This document shows, one piece after another, positions 52,754 through 64,000 of a stretch of DNA of 64,000 nucleotides. Source of the DNA: Octopus sinensis (taxonomy: Eukaryota); the NCBI RefSeq assembly GCF_006345805.1, contig NC_043004.1:63488001-63552000 (forward strand). Direction: 5' to 3'. A program made the position numbers and the translations under genes. A model generated the notes under the pieces. That model did no database searches. It saw only the letters and a program-made list of their open reading frames with translations, and had not been told where the DNA came from. Positions within the stretch are counted from its first letter, which is position 1; every line of letters begins with the position of its first letter.

Positions 52754-53699
52754 CGTGTGTGCATACATATATACATACATAAATGCAAAGACACGCACGC
52801 ACGGAAACATACGCATACACACACATATACATGGAAACAAGCATGCAGGCACAATAGAAGCAATTATATGTGCACAGCACATTCAAATATTTTTCGTTTG
52901 TTAAATACTCGATATGACTTTACAAGTTGGGAGTGTCGCACATAAGAAAATAGTAGGTCATATGATATTCATAAATGACTTGTTTATAAAAAAGTATTTT
53001 TCTGACTTAACTTCCTAAACGAATTCCACTCACTTAACTCTGTATTTTTTATTTATTTCTACTGAGTGGTCAAGAAAACACGCAAAAGCTTTCATTCAAT
53101 TCTGTAAACGACCTTCTTCATGCTATCTTCTCATTCAGACCTCTGTCTGGTACAAATCGAATATTTTCTTTCAAGATGGGGAAAATGAAATCTGAAGTAA
53201 TTAAAATGAAATGGCGGATGTCGAGCGTGGAACTGAATCATATTTTCCTCTCTATACCCATTACAAATTTTCTGTCACAATTTCAATTTATTTCGATTCG
53301 AAAATGTCAACAGTCTCTTCCATTCGAAGAATGTTCACTTCAGTAACCATAAATATCTTTCGCTTCTTGGAATTGAAAACTCTTTGCATATTTTGTATTT
53401 GACGACCAAACTATTATAATTATCATATTTAATTTTCTTTATGCGAATAATTGCCTCCATATCTTCTCAAATTGATCCCACTTCAGCCATTATTTACACA
53501 GCGGACTACAATTGTATAGTCGAGTCCCATGTGTAATTCGATGTTTTACATGAATAAACATTAAATATTAGTGTAATACGCCCAGAGCCACTCTAATATT
53601 TTAAGAGTAAAATTGAAGATTTCTCAGTTTTCTGTGAATCGATTTTGATGAAAGTTTTCCCAGCATATTTTTAGATAATAACTCTGTGGAATCTTGCGC

Positions 53700-55420
53700 A
53701 ATTTCTTTTGTCGGGTGTGTTGTTTGTAGAAACTCGCACTTCAGCAAAGGGAATTGCCGTTTATTTTTTCCAACAATGTAATTTTCCTTGCATTTGGTTA
53801 AGTAATGCAGTATATAAAGTTCTGCATCTTCCAGTTCATATCTGCATTAACTTTGAACGAGAATCCACTCTTGAATTTTACGTGGGAAACACTTTCTAAG
53901 CAATTAAAGTTGTTGTTATTGCATATTCCACATCTGTTATGTCCTTATTCTTTACAGAGAATTCTAATTCATTGTCTGATGTGTATTCTGTTTTTGTGAG
54001 ATTTCCTGGGTGGCGTCTACTGTTTCGTATGAGGTTTTAATCAATCAGATTTCTCAATTTGGGTTATTTAGGACTATACGTACGTTTGATTTTATGGTGT
54101 GAAAGATGTTGGCTTCTCCAGGATTGTGCGTGTTGATGAATGGAATCGTGTGTTCATTAAGGTTTTCCTTTGGGGTCCTTAGCTGTGTAAGGCTCAGCTT
54201 CAACGTTTTTTTAATTCCCTCGTTTATTAATTGTAATTGGTATTTCTGTTTTGCTGCTAGGAAGCCTTGGATTTGACGTACTTTGATGTGACGTAATCAC
54301 AATAGTACAGATACGTCTTGCTAGTCTGTATAGGATGTTCCTCTTGGTGTGTGAGGGATGGTAAGAGTAGAAATTGAAATACTGGTGCATGTCCGTTTTT
54401 TGAAAAAAATGTCTGTTGTGACTGTGGAGTTGTGTATTTTTATGTGAATATCCAGGAATGGTAATCCATTGCAACTTGATTCTGACGTGAATGTGATGGA
54501 TGTGTGAAGTGTGTTGAGTATATTATTAAACTCATTTGATTTGTCCCAAAAGATGAAGTCATAATAGGAAAGCGTTTCCACTTTTTAATGACGTATTTCT
54601 TGGATACCTGATTAAAATCTCTTTCCACCTCCTCAAAGCTTTTCTTACGAGAATCCCATAACTAGGTTAGTATGTGAGGGTGCTAATCGCGCACACATAG
54701 CCGTGCCCTTTTATCTGTCGATATGTTTTATTATGGAATCTAACGCTGTTTCCGTCTAGTACCAGACGTGTGGCTTTGGTGATGAAGTCAGTTTGAAGTA
54801 TTCATTTATCCGTACTCTGTGTATAGGTGGGAATTAATGGGCATACAGGTTTTAGAAGTATGTCCAAAAAAACATTCAGCTGTTGTGTTGGACCTTGAGG
54901 TTCAGCAATTATTGGTGTGAGTTTGAGGTCAGAATTCTTAGTATGTTTATCTGTTGATTTCTCTTTCCATTTATGGCCCTCTGTATTTCGGAGCTTTTGT
55001 GGATGTTGGGTAAGCGAAGAAATTCCTTCCAGTGAAGGAATCTTGGTATTCATTAGTGTTTGGATTTTTATTCATTATTGCTTTTCCCCGCGTTCCTTGG
55101 TTCTTTCTTGTAATAAGTTTGCTCTATTAGTATTTCCAATATTTTATATTTATAGCAGCCATTGTCCATGGTCATTATAGCCCCTCCATTATCGGCTTCT
55201 TTTAGGAGAACTGAATTGTCATTCATCAGTGTTAATAGGGTTTCTCATTTTATTCACGAAGTTTTTGATTGCATATTCGGGTACTTAAGGGAAATTTCCA
55301 AATTGTTTCTCTATGTGCATCTAAATGTTTGACATTCTTTTGGTAGGGGTGAAGTAGGATTTATTTCTGAGAAATGAAATGTCATTTATATCCTCATTGC
55401 CGACGAATATTATAAGTTGA
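53700..55420 (-). mobile_element. decayed, internally deleted PLE (RT, thumb and GIY-YIG remnant)
   Basis: YRQIKG.TAM, LPFLDIHIK, HQYFNFYSYHPSHTKRNI and YIVG...R..H-like remnants. Boundaries approximate. Confidence 0.7.
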
Positions 55421-56337
55421 AAGTTCCCAAATTGCCACATAGTGGGACTAAACCCGGAATCATGCGGTTGGTAAGCAAACTACTTACCACACAGCCACAT
55501 AAAAATATGACTATTCATCTACTTCTAACATAAAGTAGACAGTTGTTATACTCAAGTAAGCTATCTACCTCCCTCTTGTCTTCTACACCCGCAATTAAGA
55601 AATAACAGCTCTAAAACCATCCTCATAACACTTGTCCTCCTTCACAAGCACCGATTTGTAATAGCTTAAAATGTTAACAATTAACACTTAACAACATGCT
55701 AAACCATGCATATTTACTGGTGCATATTTACTGGTAAATATACAAATACTTATGTCTCCTAGTCGTTGAGGGTGATAAATCGTGTCCTTATTTGGTTCGA
55801 ATTTGTATATCAAAACTATTTGAAAGTGTTTCATGGCTATATATAAAACTAATTCATGGTTGGCTGATCTTCAACAAACAATGGGATTGCCCGTATGTAA
55901 TGTGCCATATAAGCAGTAGGAGTAGCAATAAGTTATTCGATCACAAAGACATTTAGGAAACCGTGCCAAGAAGTCGATCTAAAATAGGTAAGTGTTAAAA
56001 TTTTCACTTACGTCTTCTATAAACATTACGCATATTCGTACGTATAAGATATATGCTACATGAACTGAGTCAATTTTGTACAAAACTTCAGTAATTATTT
56101 AAGTATTTAAATATCTTTTATCTTTCTATTTTTAATTGTTTCAATCATTGGTTAGCACTTATTTTAAATCGAATGAATTGATTACAGTACTTTTTATTAA
56201 GTCCAGCACCTATTATTTCGCTCGGCTTTGCCGTTTTATTTATGATAGGCGAAGTAAACAAATCAGAACTGTTTGTCAAATGGTGGTGAGTACAGCCACA
56301 ACAAAAGAGACATATACACACACTCATATCTATGTAC

Positions 56338-56399
<62 letters not shown>

Positions 56400-56401
<2 letters not shown>

Positions 56402-56785
56402 AAGCACTCCGTCGGTTACGACGATGAGGGTTCCGGTTGATCCGAATCAACGGAACAGCCTGCTCGTGAAATTAACGTGTAAGTGTCTGAGCACTCCACA
56501 GACACGTGCACCCTTAACGTAGTTCTCAGGGATATTCAGCGTGACACAGAGAGTGACAAGGCCGGCCCCTTGAAATACAGGTACAACAAGAACAGGAAGT
56601 AAGAGTGAGAGAAAGTTGTGCTGAAAGAGTACAGCAGGGATCACCACCATCCCCTGCCGGAGCCTCATGGAGCTTTTAGGTGTTTTCGCTCAATAAATAC
56701 TCAGACATAAACACTCACAACGCCCGGTCTGGGAATCGATACCGCGATCCTATGACCGCGAGTCCGCTGCCCTAACCACTGGGCC
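56400..56785 (-). mobile_element. tRNA-derived SINE, full-length, reverse orientation (partial copy at ~49520-49720)
   Basis: The - strand starts ggaggcgcaatggcccagtggttagggcagcggactcgcgg. The body matches the 2930 copy. Confidence 0.8.
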
Positions 56786-56797
56786 ATTGCGCCTCCT

Positions 56798-56982
<185 letters not shown>

Positions 56983-57163
56983 AAGGGCTTAGTAAAATAA
57001 ATTACTTTGCCGCATACTGAACTCATTAGAAATAGTAGCTAAAAAAACTTTTTTAAAACTATTTCTAATACTTAAAGAAAACCTCTCTCATATAGTGTTT
57101 GCTCAATTCAACTCACGAAAGTATGGGGGTAAAGACATTAAAAAATCAAATGCAAAGGTTATT

Positions 57164-57215
57164 TGAGAACGTACGTTTCAAGATTAGTCAACTCGACATT
57201 TCTATCATCAGCTCA
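57164..57215 (-). ncRNA. type I hammerhead motif with a U-U pair at the base of stem II
   Basis: TGAG-CTGATGA-tAGAaatGTCgagttGACtaaTCTt-GAAA-CGTACGT-T-CTCA. Stem I is 4 bp and stem III is the palindrome ACGTACGT. Confidence 0.7.
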
Positions 57216-57874
57216 GAACTCCTTGGTTTGGATTTGAAAACACTGAAAGTGGGAGCATACCCTTTCGGCTTCTTATCGCTTCTGAAGATCTGCTCGAAAC
57301 TAACAGTGCCAGCAAACTCAAATATGCAAGCGAAGAATTTCTGCTCTCCCCTTTCCACCAGCGTGGGTTAAAATCAGTAAACACTATGCTTTTTTCGGTA
57401 AAATCCGAGGCATTAAATAGAGAGAGATGAATTATAATTTCAACAATTGAGGGTAAAATTAATTAATTATTAATCAATTTCACCAAGTATTCAGTATTTA
57501 AGGCGAATTCAAATTATTACATTATATATATAGGAGTTCTGAGCTGATGATAGAAATGTAATAATTTGAATTCGCCTTAAATGGTCCCTTTGCATACTGA
57601 ATACTTGGTGAAATTGATTAATAATTAATTAATTTTACCCTCAATTGTTGAAATTATAATTCATCTCTCTCTATTTAATGCCTCGGATTTTACCGAAAAA
57701 AGCATAGTGTTTACTGATTTTAACCCACGCTGGTGGAAAGGGGAGAGCAGAAATTCTTCGCTTGCATATTTGAGTTTGCTGGCACTGATAGTTCGAGCAG
57801 ATCTTCAGAAGCGATAAGAAGCCGAAAGGGTATGCTCCCACTTTCAGTGTTTTCAAATCCAAACCAAGGAGTTC

Positions 57875-57926
57875 TGAGCTGATGATAGAAATGTCGAGTT
57901 GACTAATCTTGAAACGTACGTTCTAA
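57875..57926 (+). ncRNA. mirror hammerhead motif with one stem I mismatch
   Basis: Same as 57164-57215 but with CTAA instead of CTCA after the predicted cleavage site. Confidence 0.6.
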
Positions 57927-58211
57927 AATAACATTTGCATTTGATTTTTTAATGTCTTTACCCCCATACTTTCGTGAGTTGAATTGAGCAAACACTATAT
58001 GAGAGAGGTTTTCTTTAAGTATTAGAAATAGTTTTAAAAAAGTTTTTTTAGCTACTATTTCTAATGAGTTCAGTATGCGGCAAAGTAATTTATTTTACTA
58101 AGCCCTTTTATATAATGTAATAATTTGAATTCGCCTTAAATGGTCCCTTTGCATACTGAAAACTTGGTGAAATTGATTAATAATTAATTAATTTTACCCT
58201 CAATTGTTGAA

Positions 58212-58257
<46 letters not shown>

Positions 58258-58586
58258 GTGTGTGTATGTGTGTGTGTGTTTGTGTATGTATGCATGTACA
58301 TATATGACGGGCTTCTTTCAATTTTCGGCTACCAAATCCATTCACATGTATTTGACCGATTTCGAAGATATTAAAAGACGTTTTATATTCCCAAATTGGC
58401 ATGGAATTAGACCCATGTGAAATTGGACCCAGGTGATTGAAAAGTAAATCTCTTATCAAACTGTTACAGATTCGCCCATATGTATATATATATATACATA
58501 CATGTATACGTTGCATACATACCTGAACATAGATACTTTATATATATATATATATATATATATGAATAAATAAATAAAACCTATTC

Positions 58587-58621
<35 letters not shown>

Positions 58622-59816
58622 CATACATACATATTTTCATTCATACATACATACATACATTCATTCATACATACATACATACATACATACATACATACAT
58701 ACATACATACATACATACATACATACATACATACATACATACAAAGAAATATACGCTTGCGTCTGGGGTGAGTCATTCTCTTTTAGTACTTTATCGTTTA
58801 ACACACTCACCGGTAATTTTTCTACTCATTTACTTATTTATTTTTCACAAAATTTCTGTCTTGGAACCTTTTCAATAGTCGTTGACTCTGTCCGTTATCC
58901 GAGCTGCGTTCATTTTGTCTGTGCGTATGTGTGTGGATCAGTACGTGTGCGCATACACATATATGTATGTGTGCATGCATGCATATAAGTTTGTATATGC
59001 ATGTGTGTGTAAGTCTGTGTGAGTATTTTTATATGTATGTACATGTGTAAGTTTTCTTTTTCTTTCTGAATATTCACTTGTTTATGTTTTTTGTGTATGT
59101 ATGTGTTTTTGCATGTGTGTGTGTGTGTGTGTCTGTACTTCTCTCAGGCAACATATTTAATGAAATCACTAGGAGCATCGAAGATTCGGCATGAGTCGTC
59201 ACAAGCAGCAACACTCCAAGTGTTGTTTTCCACTGCATTTTTCATCTGAAAAGTTTTTAACACCAATGTCCGACAGATCCACTTATCCAGCAGCATGGTT
59301 TCTGAGAAATTCCACCTTCAGTACCGACATCACTTCAAACTAGCACGTTTGCTGGAGAAGTAATGTGCATCTATTAGCATCTATTAGCTAATCCTGCAAA
59401 TAACCATTGTTTTTATTTGTTGTTTATGAGAAAGTTTACTCGAAATTAATGGGTGTTCGTAACCATATGTTACACAGTCAAAGTGGGGCAAGTGGATAGG
59501 ATCACTTGTAGAATTCAAAAGTAAATCAAATATACGTGTCACATGTTTTAGCCTTCTGACTACAGTAACTGTTAGGCCCAATCAACGTTTCTTTATGCCA
59601 GTGTAAATAAAATAAATTACACAAATTGAAATAAAACAAAATTCGGTTTGATTCACACAAATGCATCGTAGATCATGAGTTGTAATGTGTACAGTATCCC
59701 GTGAAGGGTGTTGGTAAAGAGAAATATATTAAAATATATACGGAATGTCAATTGCCTATGCACTAATGACAGTTTGATGGTAAAATCTTATTCAAGACTA
59801 TCAATTCTGAGTTACA

Positions 59817-60017
59817 TAAGAGGTGGTGATTAAAATTATATGGCTTTAGTTCAGTCAATTTTGATTATATTCAAAATATTCCCTTGTCGGATTTGCTAAG
59901 TTATTGCAGCGGCCCTTCAGTTTTTGTAAATCCTGTAAAAGTGATAGGAATGTTGGGTCGCCAACGAGGTCTTTGCCGATACCCGTAAAACTCGAAGGTT
60001 TTCAACAAACCCTCGTA
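59817..60017 (-). mobile_element. possible internally deleted mariner remnant
   Basis: The - strand starts tacgagggtttgttgaaaac (mariner-like TIR) and has gggaatattttgaa near the other end. Confidence 0.35.
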
Positions 60018-60275
60018 CATATTTCGTGCTGTGTTCCCCTAGTAATTTCTGTTCTTTAAGAGTCATCAGTTGCAACTTGTTAATTCATATTATCATCTCA
60101 GTGCTCAAAACTAAATTATTAGCTTAAATTTTACACTTGTGCATCATTATCTCTTTGAAGTTATGTCTGCTTCATTCTTGGAGAATCTTTTTGGCTTAAT
60201 AACCCACTCGTAATGTTACTGAAGTCAAAGGAAATCTAACATGAGATCTTTAACTTTTTCTTTTTTACATTTCAG

Positions 60276-60308
60276 ATCGCTGAATAGTTGCGAGATGGCG
60301 GAAAGAAA
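60276..60308 (+). CDS. candidate 33-nt exon continuing the 51396 exon
   Basis: ctttttcttttttacatttcag|A TCG CTG AAT AGT TGC GAG ATG GCG GAA AGA AA|gtaagt. Read in phase 2 it gives SLNSCEMAER. Confidence 0.45.
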
Positions 60309-60836
60309 GTAAGTATTTGTTTATTGAAATATTGAAAAGCCCCTTCGTTATGGCATCCGTTATATAAATACATTTATAAAGACATTGTTCCCCAATTCCT
60401 CTCTCTGTATACGATTATCACATACCCAGAGCATTACGAGATATTCACAAACTTCTTATTTAACAACCCCAAGAATTTTACATTACCATAAACCAAACTC
60501 GACATATATTTTGTGCACATGTGTGTGTGTGTAAGACTTTGTACATATTTGCGACCGTGTGTGTATGTATGTATATATGCATTTCAATGTGTGTGCGTAT
60601 GTATACGTATGAGTATGCAGAGGAACATGTATATATGCATATGCGAAAAGCACCAAATGTTTCACAGCTTCAATATGTGATAAAATATATGATAAATCCG
60701 AAATTTCGCAACCAGGTGCATATATATGCAAATAGGAACTACTGAGCGCACACACTTAGAATATATATGTGAATAAGATATATGTGCAGACATTCGTAAG
60801 TACGTATATGTGTAGAGACATGCGAATGTATGTATG

Positions 60837-60870
<34 letters not shown>

Positions 60871-61110
60871 TGTATGTATGTATGTATGTATGTATGTATG
60901 TATGCATGCAAGTATGTATGTATGTATGCATGCATGTATGTATGTATGTATGTATGTATGGATGTATGACTCTATCTATCTATCGATATATCTATCTATC
61001 TATGTATCTATATATGTATCTATCTTTCTATCTATTTATCGCTTTCTCTCTCTCACTCTATATCTACCTATCTTACTACCTATCTATCTATCCATCTATC
61101 TATCTGTCTT

Positions 61111-61203
<93 letters not shown>

Positions 61204-62182
61204 TTGTATACACAAATTCATGAGCATACATACCAACATATTGAGGGTCATGTATGTGTGAGTAAACGATGTGTAAATATACATATACACACAAGAACAC
61301 ACATATATATATATGTGTGTGTGTGGGCCTGTGTACTTGTGTGTGTGTGTACATGTGTGCGTTTTAGTTTGTGTGTATGGATGGGTATGTGTCTGTGCTG
61401 TTGAACAATTTGCCAGATGCATTTCAGGATATATTTTATAATTTCATTAGGCAATTCCTATCTACCGTAAACTAAACATATTTTATTAGAAAATTGCTGA
61501 CATTCTTCCCATGAAATTTCAGTCAACTTAATTTAATGAATTCACTAGGAGTATCGAAGTCTTGGCATGAGTTCACACTAGCAGCAACATTCCAAATGTT
61601 GTAATCCATTGAATTTAAATCTGATGAATGTTATGCACACTAGCCTCAATGTTTCATAATCATTAACAATGTCAGGTAGGCATACTTGAATTTTACAATA
61701 TATTTTGTATTCATGTGTGTGTGAGTTTTCGTAGAATTTTTGCGCACGTGTGTGTATGTATGTATGTATGTGTCTGAGTTTGCAGGCAGATGTATGTGTT
61801 TGATATGCGCGCATTCGTATGTATCTCCTTGCGTCGATATATACGAATGTATGTATGTATGTATGTATGTATGTATGTATGTATGTATGTATGTATGTAT
61901 GTACCTAAATATCGGTCGATCTAACTATCGGTATATCTATCTATTTGACTATATATCTATTTGTCTATGTAGCTATGTATGTATACATGTATGTATATAT
62001 GTATGTCTCCATCTATTTTTATCGTATCTTTCTCTCTCTAACCATCTATCTATCGATCTACCTATCTGTTTGACTATCTATTTGTCTCTATCTATTTATT
62101 TATATATATATTTATCTCTCCATCTATCTACCTGTCTGCCTGTCCGTCTGTTTATATATCTATCTCTCTATCTATCTGTATA

Positions 62183-62600
62183 ACTTGAAAAGCAATGTGA
62201 GAATGGAGAGGCAGGGTTCCTCTTTTGAAAGTTTCAAAAAATGTGGGTGAATGTGGCAGAGGTGGTTCGTGCGAGGGATGGAACCACTTTTGATTCTGTT
62301 AATCGAACAGAAAGAGAGAGAGGGAGCACTTTGCTCTGATGTCTTTATTATTTCCTTGCCTGTCTTTTCCGTAGGCTTTTCTTTCCACGGATAAACCTAA
62401 TTTGGCTTCTTACATTCCTAAAATTTCTTCTGTGATACACAATCCCTTTTGATCGACTTCTTTTGGCCCCCGACCCCTTTTGATCGGAAGTTTACTTTTT
62501 TCCTCTTTTTCACTCCTTTTCTTTGTCATTTTCGAAAAGAAAAGCTTTACATTTGTATTTGTCCCTTCTGTGTTCAGCCTTGTGTGGTCAATAAAGTAAG
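62183..62600 (+). mobile_element. probable 3' end of an L1/Tx1-like LINE
   Basis: Short coding-like remnant, T-rich 3' UTR and AATAAA at 62590, followed by (CTAT)n. Confidence 0.45.
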
Positions 62601-62626
62601 TTATCTATCTATCTATCTATCTATCA

Positions 62627-62666
<40 letters not shown>

Positions 62667-62715
62667 GTCTGTCTATCTATCTAGCTAGCTATCTATCTAG
62701 CTATCTAGCTATCTA

Positions 62716-64000
62716 CGCTTTCAAATGTCTGACAGGTTCCGACTAGACCACCTGAAGGCGCCAACGTGGCCATGGAGCAACGGCATCGGGTCGTCGAGAT
62801 CGTATCTAGATAGGATACTGTGTAAGACAGTAGATAGAGATAGCATAGGATGTCCACAATTCTACATAGTTAGCTACACGGATCACAAACTTGTGACATG
62901 TACGCTAGAGTTAGGTAAGACACTTAGGCAGGGTCCCGGATACTGGAAACTAAACGCGTCTTTCCCATCGAGACAGGTTTTCAGAGACCGAATTAGCACA
63001 CTAATAAAGAGGGCTTTGACGGGAGCCATCATCAACAACAAATGGTGGTTTGCCCTCAAGAGAGCAGTAAAAGCAGAAGCGATTAGGTACAGCAAAGCAC
63101 TAGCCATAGATAGAAATAGAGTAGAGGGTGAGCTAGTTAAAAAGCTAGAACAGGCAATTAGAAGCGGCATCGCATCCGACGTTTTGGTGGCGAGGTTGGC
63201 CCTCGATAAATACTTCAACGCCAAACACGAAGGGTGTGCTTTCAGAGCTAGGATACGTGCTCTAAGGAACGAAGGTGTTGGAGCCGCGAGAGAGGCCCGG
63301 GTGGCAGAGGCGCAACAGGGCAACAAAGCCACCATTCAGTCTCTGGTAGATGAACAGGGGCGCGAATTGATCGAACCAAGTAAAATGTGTGAGGCCTTTC
63401 AACAGCACTTTGCCCGACTGTTCGGGACAAGTGGCGGGCAAGAACGTAGGGTGGACTTCAGTGCCTACCTACACAGCCTACCACGACTCTCGACAAGAGA
63501 GGCAGGGTGCTGCGAAGGTGCCATCACGGCGGCGGAAGTGCAGGACGCGATGGCAGAATGCTCGAGGGACAAGTCACCGGGTTTGGATGGTCTACTCTAC
63601 GAGCTTTACAATTGTATGCCAGACTTGTTTGGAGATGTCTTGGTAGCGGTATACTGCAACTGGCAGCAAAACGGGTGCATTCCTGGTTTTGTGAGCCGAG
63701 GAGCCGTAACACTGCTGAAGAAAGATCTAAACAAGTGACATGTAATAGATAACTTTAGGCCCATCACTCAGCTTAATGCAGACCTGAAAATTTTGGCCAA
63801 GGTGCTAGCCAAGAGGTTGGCGCTTGTCATCGAGAAACTGGTCGACAAGGCGCAAGCATGCGCCGTGCCGGGCCGGACCATCCATGACAACCTCCACCTG
63901 ATGCGCTACATCATAGACAGGGTAGTTAACGAACCTGGCATGAGTGGGGCGCTGATCAATTTGGATCAATCGAAAGCTTTCGATAGGATGGACCATCGAT
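62716..64000 (+). mobile_element. 5'-truncated L1/Tx1-clade LINE ORF2 running off the window
   Basis: SRSYLDRIL, TDHKLV and GPGYWKLNAS (endonuclease end), then KSPGLDGL. After one in-frame TGA at 63736 it continues NFRPITQLNADLKILAKVLAKRL...LDQSKAFDRMDH. Confidence 0.9.

Noticed and set aside
57275-57305. CTGAAGA...CGAAAC on the opposite strand of the 57 kb arms
   Set aside because: No stem II pairing and no credible stem I.

Overview
AT-rich eukaryotic, microsatellite-dense DNA. The SINE, LINE and microsatellite content points to a coleoid cephalopod, most likely Octopus (inference from repeat types, not a database match). The only well-supported host gene is the 3' half of a neprilysin/ECE-like M13 zinc metallopeptidase on the + strand. 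Its six spliced exons (2595-2662, 5700-5821, 7497-7562, 9275-9373, 11449-11522, 15872-15977) join in frame, and most are invisible in the ORF track. The protein keeps HExxH and ExxxD but appears to have lost both cysteines of one conserved disulfide. Two small exon-like segments (51396-51452, 60276-60308) join into a signal-peptide-like N-terminus of a possible second gene. The rest is mobile DNA: Penelope-like elements (PLEs) of several families, a near-full-length RTE/BovB-like LINE, a second RTE-clade LINE, an R4/Dong-like element in (AAT)n, L1/Tx1-like elements in (CTAT)n, a decayed Gypsy, Tc1/mariner remnants, MITEs, tRNA-derived SINEs and a 3.4 kb tandem duplication. The most striking theme is PLE-derived inverted structures carrying hammerhead-ribozyme motifs of at least three architectures. 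These include a young 4.6 kb palindrome (20314-24886) with RT on one strand and an intact GIY-YIG ORF on the other, a 1.1 kb pLTR-only palindrome, a perfect 46-bp hairpin, and two minimal palindromic-stem hammerheads in sense orientation in the last intron of the peptidase gene. All RNA folds were checked by eye only. Many ORF-track entries are microsatellite artefacts.
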